Positions 1 through 6,600 are shown, numbered from the stretch's first letter. The stretch is DNA of 12,417 nt from a bacterium (GCA_037444445.1 JBBIMK010000040.1:1-12417), one strand, 5' to 3'. Numbers and translations are program-made. Notes: generated by a model from the sequence alone, not told the origin.

Positions 1-4
1 TATT

Positions 5-226
5 TTACCGTTTGCACCTCCGGAAATAGTTAACAGTGATGGTTATATCCACAACAGAGAGCACCGTCATAAATGTGACAAGGGAGAGGAAGAACCATTT
101 GTTAACTGCCTGAGGACCACGGAAGTAGACCAGGTACAGCACATACAGAAATAGCACTTGGAACAGCAAGATAAAAAATCTCCACCCGGTGAACCAGCGA
201 GATTGAGATAGAGGTGAGGTCAGCAT
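5..226 (-). CDS. small hypothetical membrane protein (about 74 aa, two predicted TM helices)
   Basis: ORF 5..250. An internal ATG at 226 overlaps the TGA stop (220-222) of the upstream gene as ATGCTGA, which suggests translational coupling. The translation has two long hydrophobic stretches (WRFFILLFQVLFLYVLYLVYF and WFFLSLVTFMTVLSVV). I recognise no family. Confidence 0.4.
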   Translation of the reverse strand: MLTSPLSQSRWFTGWRFFILLFQVLFLYVLYLVYFRGPQAVNKWFFLSLVTFMTVLSVVDITITVNYFRRCKR

Positions 227-879
227 CGCCCCGTTAACAGCGCACGCCAATAATCATCATAGCAGGCGAGGTAACAGGCAAGAAAAACTATCAAAAGTAT
301 GCCACCGCCAATTACGGCCACTTTGAATCCAATAATCTGACCTCCGGGGATCGCCATGATGATACCACCAGCCGCTGCAATCGCGGTTCCGGTCCAACCC
401 GCAAGCACCGCCCACTTGCCGCTAAGGCACCCAAAGAGGCAGTCAGTCCAACAATCGATTGCTGTCATAAAGCGATCCCAAGAGCGACCCAGCCATCCTC
501 TTGAGCGAAGTTGTTGGTTCTTCGGGGTTCCCGTATCGTAGCCGAGGCTGTACCCTGCTACATTAAGGAGCTTAGATGAGTGCATTAGAAGAGGCTCGTG
601 ATAAAGAGCATCCTCGAGGTGAACAATCACGCTGCCCCTGACAAAAGAGGAAAGGAGGTTCTCACGGTGAAGAGGCGTCCCGTATTCCTCTATCTCATTC
701 GCCAGGAGGTTGTCGTAAAGATGAAACATTACTTGTGTCGCCTGCGGAATTTGGCTCGCCGGGGAAATGGTCAACGAGGCATAATCTTCCTCGGTATAAT
801 CCACCTGGGCTATGACTGGACTGGCAAGTGAAAAAAAGAACAGCACGAACCATAAGGCTAAACGAATCGTTCTTTTCAT
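220..879 (-). CDS. hypothetical secreted/membrane-anchored protein with N-terminal signal peptide and glycine-zipper-like C-terminal hydrophobic region
   Basis: The N-terminus MKRTIRLALWFVLFFFSLASPVIAQ is a classic signal peptide. The C-terminal roughly 60 aa are Gly/Ala/Ile-rich (GWTGTAIAAAGGIIMAIPGGQIIGFKVAVIGGGILLIVFLACYLAC) with repeated GxxxG-like spacing. A strong SD (GGAGGTGG, reverse complement of about 883-890) sits just upstream of the ATG at 879. Confidence 0.6.
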   Translation of the reverse strand: MKRTIRLALWFVLFFFSLASPVIAQVDYTEEDYASLTISPASQIPQATQVMFHLYDNLLANEIEEYGTPLHRENLLSSFVRGSVIVHLEDALYHEPLLMHSSKLLNVAGYSLGYDTGTPKNQQLRSRGWLGRSWDRFMTAIDCWTDCLFGCLSGKWAVLAGWTGTAIAAAGGIIMAIPGGQIIGFKVAVIGGGILLIVFLACYLACYDDYWRALLTGRC

Positions 880-890
880 CTCTCCACCTC

Positions 891-2003
891 CTATCTTACC
901 TCTACATTGACCCGAGTGAACAACATCGTAGGGGAGTATGTCGCCTGGCTGAGGTCGGGAATGGTCAAGACTTCTACGACATAGTTGTCAGGCGGCACAT
1001 ATGATCCCTGGTCGTCGCGCCCGTCCCACTCCGCAGTGTGCACCCCGCCAGGAAGCGCGCCCAGAGAAAGAATAGCCGCCTCGGGATGGGGTCCGGTTAT
1101 CTGATTGATGTCCGTATACTTTTTCGTAACGCCTAATCTCACATCAGATTCTGAGCCGTCAAGGCTGAACCAGACCCTAAAGGTCTCCCCCTGCGACGGG
1201 TAAAAGTATGGCTCAGAACGCACGCAGGCTCCATTAGCCCAGGCGCAGGCATTCGTTACCACCACCCGATTGAGGTACACCGTTTGCGAACTTGAGTATG
1301 GAGTGTTGGTCCCAAATGGTGTGATGGTAACCGAGACGGTGTGAGGACCGACGGAATAAGGAGCGGGATTGCTTCGGAAGAGTCCAGCAGCATCCGAGTA
1401 GTTGAGAGCAACAGGGCTACTATCAAAGGTGACATTGATTTGGTCGCCCGGATTTGCCATCCCCCCAATTACCCAGTCATCTCCTGAAGTGAGGGTATCA
1501 CCAGTGTTCGGGTTCGTGTATTTGTAGGGCCTATACTGCGTCACTCCCCACTTAGGGCGGTAGATCACGGTGTCACATTGGCCCACTTGTACCCACTGAC
1601 TCTGGCCTGTGTCCCACACGCCAGCCTTGATGAGATAAATGCCTTCCCTTCGGAGGGCTCCACCGGAGTCTTTACCATCCCATGCCACCTGAACAGGCGA
1701 TGTCGTGATAACAGCCTCATAGAGAATGCTCAGGGTATCACCTTTCGCATTCTCCATCCAGATTCTGCCCGTTTGCCCGAGATAGGAGGAAAAATCAACG
1801 GAAATACCCGTCACTTGACTCCGGTAAGGGTCAAAGGACGCTGGATACCGGCTGATAGACGCCGTAAAACCCGGGGGATTACACAGAGGAGGTATATCAC
1901 CGCCGCCACCACCGGAGTCCATCGTACCAATTCCACCGCCCCCTGTGATACCACCGCCGCTTGTCATCTGCAGAATCAGGGCGGCGACACCCACTGCTCT
2001 CAA
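891..2003 (-). CDS. hypothetical secreted protein with Gly-rich N-terminal linker and two FlgD-Ig-like (WDG+D..G..V..G.Y) repeats
   Basis: 370-aa ORF with a short hydrophobic N-terminus (RAVGVAALIL) followed by the low-complexity stretch SGGGITGGGGIGTMDSGGGGGD. Two motifs are typical of FlgD Ig-like domains: VAWDGKDSGGALRREGIYLIK and AEWDGRDDQGSYVPPDNYVVEV. The start is a TTG without a well-spaced SD, so the exact start is uncertain. Confidence 0.6.
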   Translation of the reverse strand: MRAVGVAALILQMTSGGGITGGGGIGTMDSGGGGGDIPPLCNPPGFTASISRYPASFDPYRSQVTGISVDFSSYLGQTGRIWMENAKGDTLSILYEAVITTSPVQVAWDGKDSGGALRREGIYLIKAGVWDTGQSQWVQVGQCDTVIYRPKWGVTQYRPYKYTNPNTGDTLTSGDDWVIGGMANPGDQINVTFDSSPVALNYSDAAGLFRSNPAPYSVGPHTVSVTITPFGTNTPYSSSQTVYLNRVVVTNACAWANGACVRSEPYFYPSQGETFRVWFSLDGSESDVRLGVTKKYTDINQITGPHPEAAILSLGALPGGVHTAEWDGRDDQGSYVPPDNYVVEVLTIPDLSQATYSPTMLFTRVNVEVR

Positions 2004-2030
2004 AATTTGCCTTATCCGTATCGCTTAACA

Positions 2031-2160
2031 TCACCTCCGCCTTTCAGTCTTATTTTATCACACCTCTTTCTCTTCTGTCAAATTCTTTCATCTTCCTTCT
2101 CCCTATTTGCCCTTCCATTTTTCCTCTTCCCTTTTCCCTCATCCCCTTGCTCCCTCATCG
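2031..2160. repeat. strand-asymmetric polypyrimidine (C/T) tract, polypurine on the minus strand
   Basis: Read directly from the sequence. About 130 nt on the + strand are almost entirely C and T (ctctttctcttctgtc...ttccttctccctatttgcccttccatttttcctcttcccttttccctcatcccc), with only a handful of G. The tract lies immediately upstream of the minus-strand 370-aa gene, so it would form a GA-rich 5' leader. It also generates spurious plus-strand ORFs (1578..2237 and 1961..2230). Confidence 0.75.
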
Positions 2161-2263
2161 GGGTCTACAGCGCCTCCGGGGGACGAGCCTCCGGGAGGGG
2201 TTTGCCTGCCATCCTGTCCATCTTACTTAAAGAGTAATATAACGGATAAAATAGTGCAATGAA

Positions 2264-2292
2264 AGATAGGAGTCAGATAGGGGTCAGATAAT
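2264..2292. promoter_or_regulatory. three AGATA(G/A) half-sites at 11-bp phasing (possible operator)
   Basis: The sequence reads AGATAGGagtc AGATAGGggtc AGATAAT, giving a period of exactly 11 bp, one helical turn. Further GATAA/GATAG copies occur at about 2245 and about 2351. The repeats lie in the divergent intergenic region between the secreted-protein operon and the small wHTH-like ORF. Confidence 0.3.
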
Positions 2293-2378
2293 ATGCCCGT
2301 ATTCTGAAGAGGAGGGGAACCCGGGGGGGGTTTACCCTATGCAGTTTTGTGATAAGATAGTTACCGATGGAGGAGGAA

Positions 2379-2691
2379 ATGGTATCGCTTTTCAGGGAGT
2401 TCCTCTGGAAGGGGTTCAAGAAGCACGATAGTCTGGAGTGTCTGGTGGCGGAAGCCCTGATAAAAGACCTGATTAGAGCGGGGGGGGTACACTTACGAGG
2501 AGTTATTTGAGGTATGCAACCGGAGATGGAAGTATCCCGGAACCTATGAGCCTGGATTGGATAACACCGCTATACACTTAATTTTAAAGCGTTTACGGAA
2601 GCGGATGTGTCGGTATTTTCACGGGAGAGGGTTGCGGGTGGAGGTAGGGAGAGTGAGCCCCGACCGGGTGCGGATATGGGTAATGAGTTAG
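2379..2691 (+). pseudogene. small stand-alone OmpR/PhoB-type winged-helix-like DNA-binding protein, reading frame broken at a G8 homopolymer (2480-2487)
   Basis: An ATG at 2379 is preceded by GGAGGAGG. Frame A reads MVSLFREFLWKGFKKHDSLECLVAEALIKDLIRAGG and stops 8 codons after the G8 run. Frame B (the +1 frame) continues from the G run as YTYEELFEVCNRRWKYPGTYEPGLDNTAIHLILKRLRKRMCRYFHGRGLRVEVGRVSPDRVRIWVMS and stops at 2689-2691. Removing one G fuses the two into a protein of about 103 aa. Its second half resembles the Trans_reg_C pattern (sreeLl..vw......r.vdvhi.rLRkKl). Neither half reaches the ORF-track length cutoff. Confidence 0.45.
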
Positions 2692-2707
2692 GGGGTTTCC
2701 CTTTTTT
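2686..2707 (+). terminator. weak candidate intrinsic terminator after the wHTH-like ORF
   Basis: AGGGGG-ttt-CCCTTTTTT: a short G/C stem (3 GC pairs, extendable with GU and AU pairs), a tight loop and a T6 run at 2702-2707, immediately after the TAG at 2689-2691. The stem is very short. Confidence 0.25.
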
Positions 2708-2862
2708 GAAACTATTTATGGGGAATGGTGGTGGAGGGTGAAGAGTAGCCCGGAGGAATCGGAGTGAATTTCTAAACTACCCTGGCAACTATTCATCGGT
2801 GGTGAGATTATAGTTGAACCTGATGTATCAAAGAGCGAAGATATTTATGATTCTGCGGTATT

Positions 2863-3315
2863 TCAGGAGTAGAGGTTGTGGAGTTTGGCGCCGCAGAGGC
2901 GAGCATACACCGTGAGTTGCCCGCGGTGATGTGCTTCGTGCTCGTTCAAAGACAGAAGGAAGTAGGCGATGGAACCCACTCGGCCCCGAGGGGTTTTCAC
3001 GCGTCGGTTGAGGGCGGAATTGTCGGCTTTCTCCAGCCAGGCGAGGGTTGTTTCCCTGGTTTTCTGCAGGTAAGCGATGGCGCCCTCAATTCGGTCAATC
3101 AACGGGGGTTGAACCTCTTCCACATCCCACCGATTGGAGAAAAGCCCACGGGTGAGCCGGTCTTCGGATAAGGCGATATGAATGATGATTTGCATGGCGG
3201 AGCGGAGTTCTCCGCGGGGGCGGAAATCTCCCTTATCCTTCGGGAATTGCTCCAGCAGACGAAGGGTAATCTCCCTGGTTCGGTGTAAGAGGGCAACAAT
3301 CTCATCTGGATTCAT
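2863..3315 (-). CDS. DinB-family (DinB_2-like) metal-dependent protein
   Basis: 150 aa. It has the helical-bundle pattern with conserved His positions, including the C-terminal HEAHHRGQL motif typical of the DinB superfamily. The gap to the upstream gene stop is 3 nt, so it is in an operon. Confidence 0.85.
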   Translation of the reverse strand: MNPDEIVALLHRTREITLRLLEQFPKDKGDFRPRGELRSAMQIIIHIALSEDRLTRGLFSNRWDVEEVQPPLIDRIEGAIAYLQKTRETTLAWLEKADNSALNRRVKTPRGRVGSIAYFLLSLNEHEAHHRGQLTVYARLCGAKLHNLYS

Positions 3316-3318
3316 TTT

Positions 3319-3969
3319 TCATCCTCCGACGAGGGTGGAAAGGAAAGGGTCCACGGCCTGGATGGCAGATTCAAAGAGGTAATAGCGGGCGGAGTGGAGG
3401 ATGTCGGACACAGCCTGACGGGTGATATGCAGTTCTTTCGCCACCTTCACCTGGGTTCCGAGGGAGCGGTACAGTTTAGTGACTTCCTTCTGGCGTGCGG
3501 TCCAGGGCTTCCACCGAAGGGTTGAGAGGAAGAGATTCAGGAGGCGTTCTGCACCCGTCAGGTCGGAGCCCAGGCGGAATACTACGGGGCATCGGGCTTT
3601 CCCGGATTGAATCCACATCAATGCCTTTCTGGAGCGTTGAAATACCTCTCCGTCCATCATAAAGGTGCCGCCAGGAAGGATGGGTGTGGACAGGGTGCCA
3701 AAGCCGATGCCAAAAACCGTCTGATGGGGTGCCATCTCCTCCTGAAATGTGCGGACGATGCGAAGAACGCGGGGTGATTCCCCGCCTAACAGTCCTTGAA
3801 ATTCTCTACCGGAGATGAAGTTAAATCGGGACAGGATGGCCTGTTCAAATTGAGAATGAACCAGCTGAAAGACTTCCTTCAGGCGTTTTTGCCCTGTGTC
3901 TTGATTCTTCGCTTTCCGGGAGAATATCCACTCACCCGTCAGGAGAAAATATCGTGGCTGTATTTTCAT
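3319..3969 (-). CDS. SatD-family protein (cyclase-like N-domain plus C-terminal HTH) with substituted acidic motif residues
   Basis: From the ATG at 3969 the protein reads MKIQPRYFLLTGEWIFSRK...FISGREFQGLL...FGIGFG...WTARQKEVTKLYRSLGTQVKVAKELHITRQAVSDILHSARYY. This tracks the SatD (PF16264) pattern GDivnSRk / GDEFQGLL / FGIGiG / HTH as I remember it. The first motif is GEW instead of GD, and the second is GREFQG instead of GDEFQG. The longer ORF-track version (to 4251) overlaps the NYN gene and is not credible. Confidence 0.75.
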   Translation of the reverse strand: MKIQPRYFLLTGEWIFSRKAKNQDTGQKRLKEVFQLVHSQFEQAILSRFNFISGREFQGLLGGESPRVLRIVRTFQEEMAPHQTVFGIGFGTLSTPILPGGTFMMDGEVFQRSRKALMWIQSGKARCPVVFRLGSDLTGAERLLNLFLSTLRWKPWTARQKEVTKLYRSLGTQVKVAKELHITRQAVSDILHSARYYLFESAIQAVDPFLSTLVGG

Positions 3970-4009
3970 ACCCGTCCCTGGATGAACATATTTTGTTGGC
4001 TGTTTTTTT

Positions 4010-4621
4010 CTACGGGGCAGTGTTTGGGAGTTCGGGGTCGTGTTCAGGGACAGGAACCGGCTCCCGTTCCAGCTGGAACTGTTCCAGGAAATCATCCAGG
4101 TAGATATACTGGTCGCAGGCATCCCGAAGGGCATTGGAGGAGTTAGCGCGGAAGACGGCATTTTCCACGATTTTTCCCAGTCGCTGGACTTCTTCCACCA
4201 CCTCCACATAATCACTGTCGCCGGACACCAGCACTGCCACATCATAGGCATTGTGAAAAGCGAGGCTTAAAAGGTCGGTAGCCAGTTTGACATCTGTTCC
4301 CTTTTCCACAAAGCCCAGCCCTCGGGGCTGTTGAAACGCCTGGCGAACCTTCAGGTTTATACCATTTTCATTCGCCCTGGCACGGACGGCATACATAAAA
4401 TCCACCTGCTGTTTGAAGACCTCCGGATTACTTTCCTCCTGGGGGAGGCTGTGATAATAATACACCCGAACCAGTTTTCTTCCTGCCGTCAGGAAGTGGA
4501 AAAATTTCTCGTAATTGATACCAATTCGCACTCCCATTCGCTTGGTGAGTTCCCGGAGGGAGCCGTAAAGATTGGAGCCATCCACGAACAAAATCACGCG
4601 TTCATTGCCACTATTCTTCAT
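4010..4621 (-). CDS. NYN-domain (LabA/DUF88-like, PIN-related) putative ribonuclease
   Basis: Motifs ILFVDGSNLY, EKGTDVKLATD and LVSGDSDY are the three acidic signature blocks of the NYN domain (PF01936). The ATG at 4621 is preceded by GGAGGTAGGAGAA (a good SD). The ORF-track start at 4639 is an upstream GTG. Confidence 0.85.
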   Translation of the reverse strand: MKNSGNERVILFVDGSNLYGSLRELTKRMGVRIGINYEKFFHFLTAGRKLVRVYYYHSLPQEESNPEVFKQQVDFMYAVRARANENGINLKVRQAFQQPRGLGFVEKGTDVKLATDLLSLAFHNAYDVAVLVSGDSDYVEVVEEVQRLGKIVENAVFRANSSNALRDACDQYIYLDDFLEQFQLEREPVPVPEHDPELPNTAP

Positions 4622-4644
4622 TTCTCCTACCTCCAGCACTTACT

Positions 4645-4696
4645 ATTTTACACCTTTCATTTGACTCTTGTCACTTCCGTGTTTTTATCGTAAGAT
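4645..4696. promoter_or_regulatory. candidate back-to-back divergent sigma70-like promoters sharing the -35 region
   Basis: Plus strand: TTGTCA (4668-4673), 17 nt, TAAGAT (4691-4696), upstream of the fixC GTG at 4715. Minus strand: GTGACA (reverse complement of 4669-4674), 18 nt, TAAAAT (reverse complement of 4645-4650), upstream of the NYN gene. This is hexamer matching only. Confidence 0.3.
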
Positions 4697-4714
4697 AAGG
4701 CAGGATGTGAAATC

Positions 4715-6022
4715 GTGGGTGTGCTGGAGTTTGATGGGATAGTGGTAGGTGCGGGGCCGGCGGGTGTGGCTGCCGCTGTGACCATGGCCCGGGGCGGTAT
4801 GAGAACTCTGATGATAGAGAAAGGGCGGAAGCCGGGCGTGAAAAATGTAATGGGTGGCGTCCTGTATACCCGGAGCATCACGCCCATTTTCCCGGAGTTT
4901 TATCAAAATGCCACCCTCATTGAGCGGCCGGTCGTGGAGGAAAATTTCTGGTTTCTTACGAAGGATTCAGCGTTGAAATTCGGCTTCCGAAGTCAGGAAT
5001 TCAATCGGGGGGTTCCGAATGCATTCACGGTGCTTCGGGTGAAGCTGGATGAGTGGGCGGCGAAGGAGGCGAAAAATGCAGGCGCTCTCCTTCTGCCTTC
5101 CACACGGGTGGACGATTTATTGCGAGAAGATGGGCAGATTGTGGGCGTGAGGACTGACCGACCGGAGGGGGATATTCGGGCTTCCGTGGTGGTGCTGGCG
5201 GAAGGTGCCAATCCTTTTCTGGCCATCAAGGCAGGGCTGGTGGAGCCGTTGAAGTCGGACCGGCTCGCCCTGGCCGTGAAAGAAATCATCAGCCTGCCCA
5301 AAGATAAGATTGAGGAGCGTTTTCACTTGAACCCTGGCGATGGCGCTACCCTGGAACTGTTCGGGGATGCGGTAGGCGGTTTGCTGGGCTACGCCTTCAT
5401 CTATACCAATAAAGACAGCCTGTCGGTGGGGCTGGGTGCCATCCTTTCCGACTTCCTCAAGAACCGGGTGAAGCCGTATGAACTGCTGGAAAACTTCAAG
5501 GTTCATCCTGTGGTGAAGCCATTGCTGGAAGGCGGGAAGCCTATGGAGTATATGGCTCACCTGATACCCGAGGCGGGGTTGAGAGCGAACCCGAGGTTCT
5601 ATGCCGATGGCGTGATGGTGGCTGGCGATGCTGCTATGATGGTCAACGCGGTCCATCGGGAGGGCTCCAATTTTGCTTTTGCTTCGGGAAGGATGGCGGG
5701 TGAAACAGCGGTGGAAGCGTTCAAGAGAGGCGATTTCTCCGCCCGCACCCTCTCCGCTTATGAACGACGGTTGAAGGAAAGTTTCATCCTCAAAGACCTG
5801 AAGAAGTATAGAAATCTTACGCCTCTGGTGGAACGGAAGAAAATGGATTTCCTGAAAACCTATCCCGAATGGCTCGTGTTCGCCATCCAGCAAATGTTAT
5901 CGGTGGACGGAGTATCCAAAGGTGAGAAGGAGAAGAGAATCAAGGAGGCGCTGTTCAAGAAAAAAAGCCTCCTGCACGTGGCTTCCGATGTATATCAGTT
6001 GTGGAAAGCCTTCCACGGCTGA
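4715..6022 (+). CDS. fixC: FixC-type FAD-dependent electron-transfer-flavoprotein:quinone oxidoreductase
   Basis: 435 aa. The N-terminal FAD-binding GxGxxG (FDGIVVGAGPAGVAAA), the overall length, the MVAGDAA motif and an immediately following fixX-type gene all support the call. GTG start. Confidence 0.9.
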   Translation: MGVLEFDGIVVGAGPAGVAAAVTMARGGMRTLMIEKGRKPGVKNVMGGVLYTRSITPIFPEFYQNATLIERPVVEENFWFLTKDSALKFGFRSQEFNRGVPNAFTVLRVKLDEWAAKEAKNAGALLLPSTRVDDLLREDGQIVGVRTDRPEGDIRASVVVLAEGANPFLAIKAGLVEPLKSDRLALAVKEIISLPKDKIEERFHLNPGDGATLELFGDAVGGLLGYAFIYTNKDSLSVGLGAILSDFLKNRVKPYELLENFKVHPVVKPLLEGGKPMEYMAHLIPEAGLRANPRFYADGVMVAGDAAMMVNAVHREGSNFAFASGRMAGETAVEAFKRGDFSARTLSAYERRLKESFILKDLKKYRNLTPLVERKKMDFLKTYPEWLVFAIQQMLSVDGVSKGEKEKRIKEALFKKKSLLHVASDVYQLWKAFHG

Positions 6023-6069
6023 ATAAATGATGAGGGAGAGTATCCGTTGAAAGCCAGGAGTTGAAGGCG

Positions 6070-6378
6070 ATGGAAGAGCAGTCACAGTCCCAGAGAATGA
6101 AGATTGAGGATAAGTTGTTTCTGGTGAAGATGAAGGTGGATGAAGGGAATCCACATATATTCATCCGAAATGAGCAGGTATGCTTATCCTGTTATGACAA
6201 GCCCTGCACACTCGTTTGCCCTGCCAATACCTACACCTGGGATGAAGCCAATAAAAAGATTGTGATAGCCTGGGAGAACTGCATAGAGTGTGCGGCTGCG
6301 GAATTGCTGTGTCCTTATTCCAATATCGTCTGGCGCTATCCCCGGGGCGGCTACGGCGTGGAATACAAATTCGGATGA
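6070..6378 (+). CDS. fixX: FixX-type ferredoxin-like protein
   Basis: The translation MKIEDKLFLVKMKVDEGNPHI...CPANTY...CIEC...WRYPRGGYGVEYKFG matches the FixX pattern (KIEDKLY..VDeg.PHI, CPA..Y, YPRGG.GV.F.FG). AGGAG lies 10 nt upstream of the ATG at 6070. Alternative starts are the TTG at 6061 and the ATG at 6097. Confidence 0.85.
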   Translation: MEEQSQSQRMKIEDKLFLVKMKVDEGNPHIFIRNEQVCLSCYDKPCTLVCPANTYTWDEANKKIVIAWENCIECAAAELLCPYSNIVWRYPRGGYGVEYKFG

Positions 6379-6550
6379 CCCGGGACTGTAGATGGTGGAC
6401 TATAGACTCTGGACTTTTTTTTCATGGCCAGGCTTGTCCTGAGCAAAGCGAAGGAACTCGACGAAGCAATCTGTGGTTTGCTACAGGCGTTTTGTGTAGG
6501 GGGGAGTCTCCCTCGTAGTGAAGAAAATGTATAGGAGAGATGCTTTTTTC

Positions 6551-6579
6551 TTGCCTTCTTTGCCCTAACTTCTTATAAT
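6551..6579 (+). promoter_or_regulatory. strong sigma70-like promoter candidate (TTGCCT-17 nt-TATAAT)
   Basis: TTGCCT at 6551-6556, exactly 17 nt of spacer, and a consensus TATAAT at 6574-6579. A GAGGTG SD and an ATG (6601) follow about 20 nt downstream. Confidence 0.5.
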
Positions 6580-6600
6580 GTTAAGATGCTGAGGTGAATA

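Noticed and set aside
1578-2237. 219-aa and 89-aa plus-strand ORFs (1578..2237 and 1961..2230)
   Set aside because: They are antisense to the 370-aa FlgD-Ig gene and then run through the polypyrimidine tract. That tract gives Ser/Pro/Leu/Phe low-complexity translation simply because C/T-only sequence lacks stop codons.
3970-4251. N-terminal 94-codon extension of ORF 3319..4251
   Set aside because: It overlaps the 3' end of the NYN gene in another frame and translates to Trp/Ser/Met-rich nonsense. SatD-family similarity begins only at the ATG at 3969.
5117-5893. 258-aa minus-strand ORF
   Set aside because: It lies entirely antisense within the well-supported fixC CDS. The translation is low-information (His/Arg/Gln-rich) with no recognisable motifs, which is typical of a shadow ORF in a GC-rich gene.
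6415-6422. T8 run after fixX as an intrinsic terminator
   Set aside because: I could not find a convincing G/C-rich inverted repeat directly upstream. The preceding sequence contains direct GGACT repeats (about 6382, 6396 and 6411) rather than a hairpin. A long-range imperfect pairing CCTGAGCAA(A)/(T)TTGCTACAGG at about 6439-6488 lies after the T run and is not terminator-like.
6424-6534. 36-codon ORF MARLVLSKAKELDEAICGLLQAFCVGGSLPRSEENV in the fixX-TA spacer
   Set aside because: It has no SD, since it is immediately preceded by the T8 run, and no recognisable motif. It is probably noncoding, though it could be a gene remnant.
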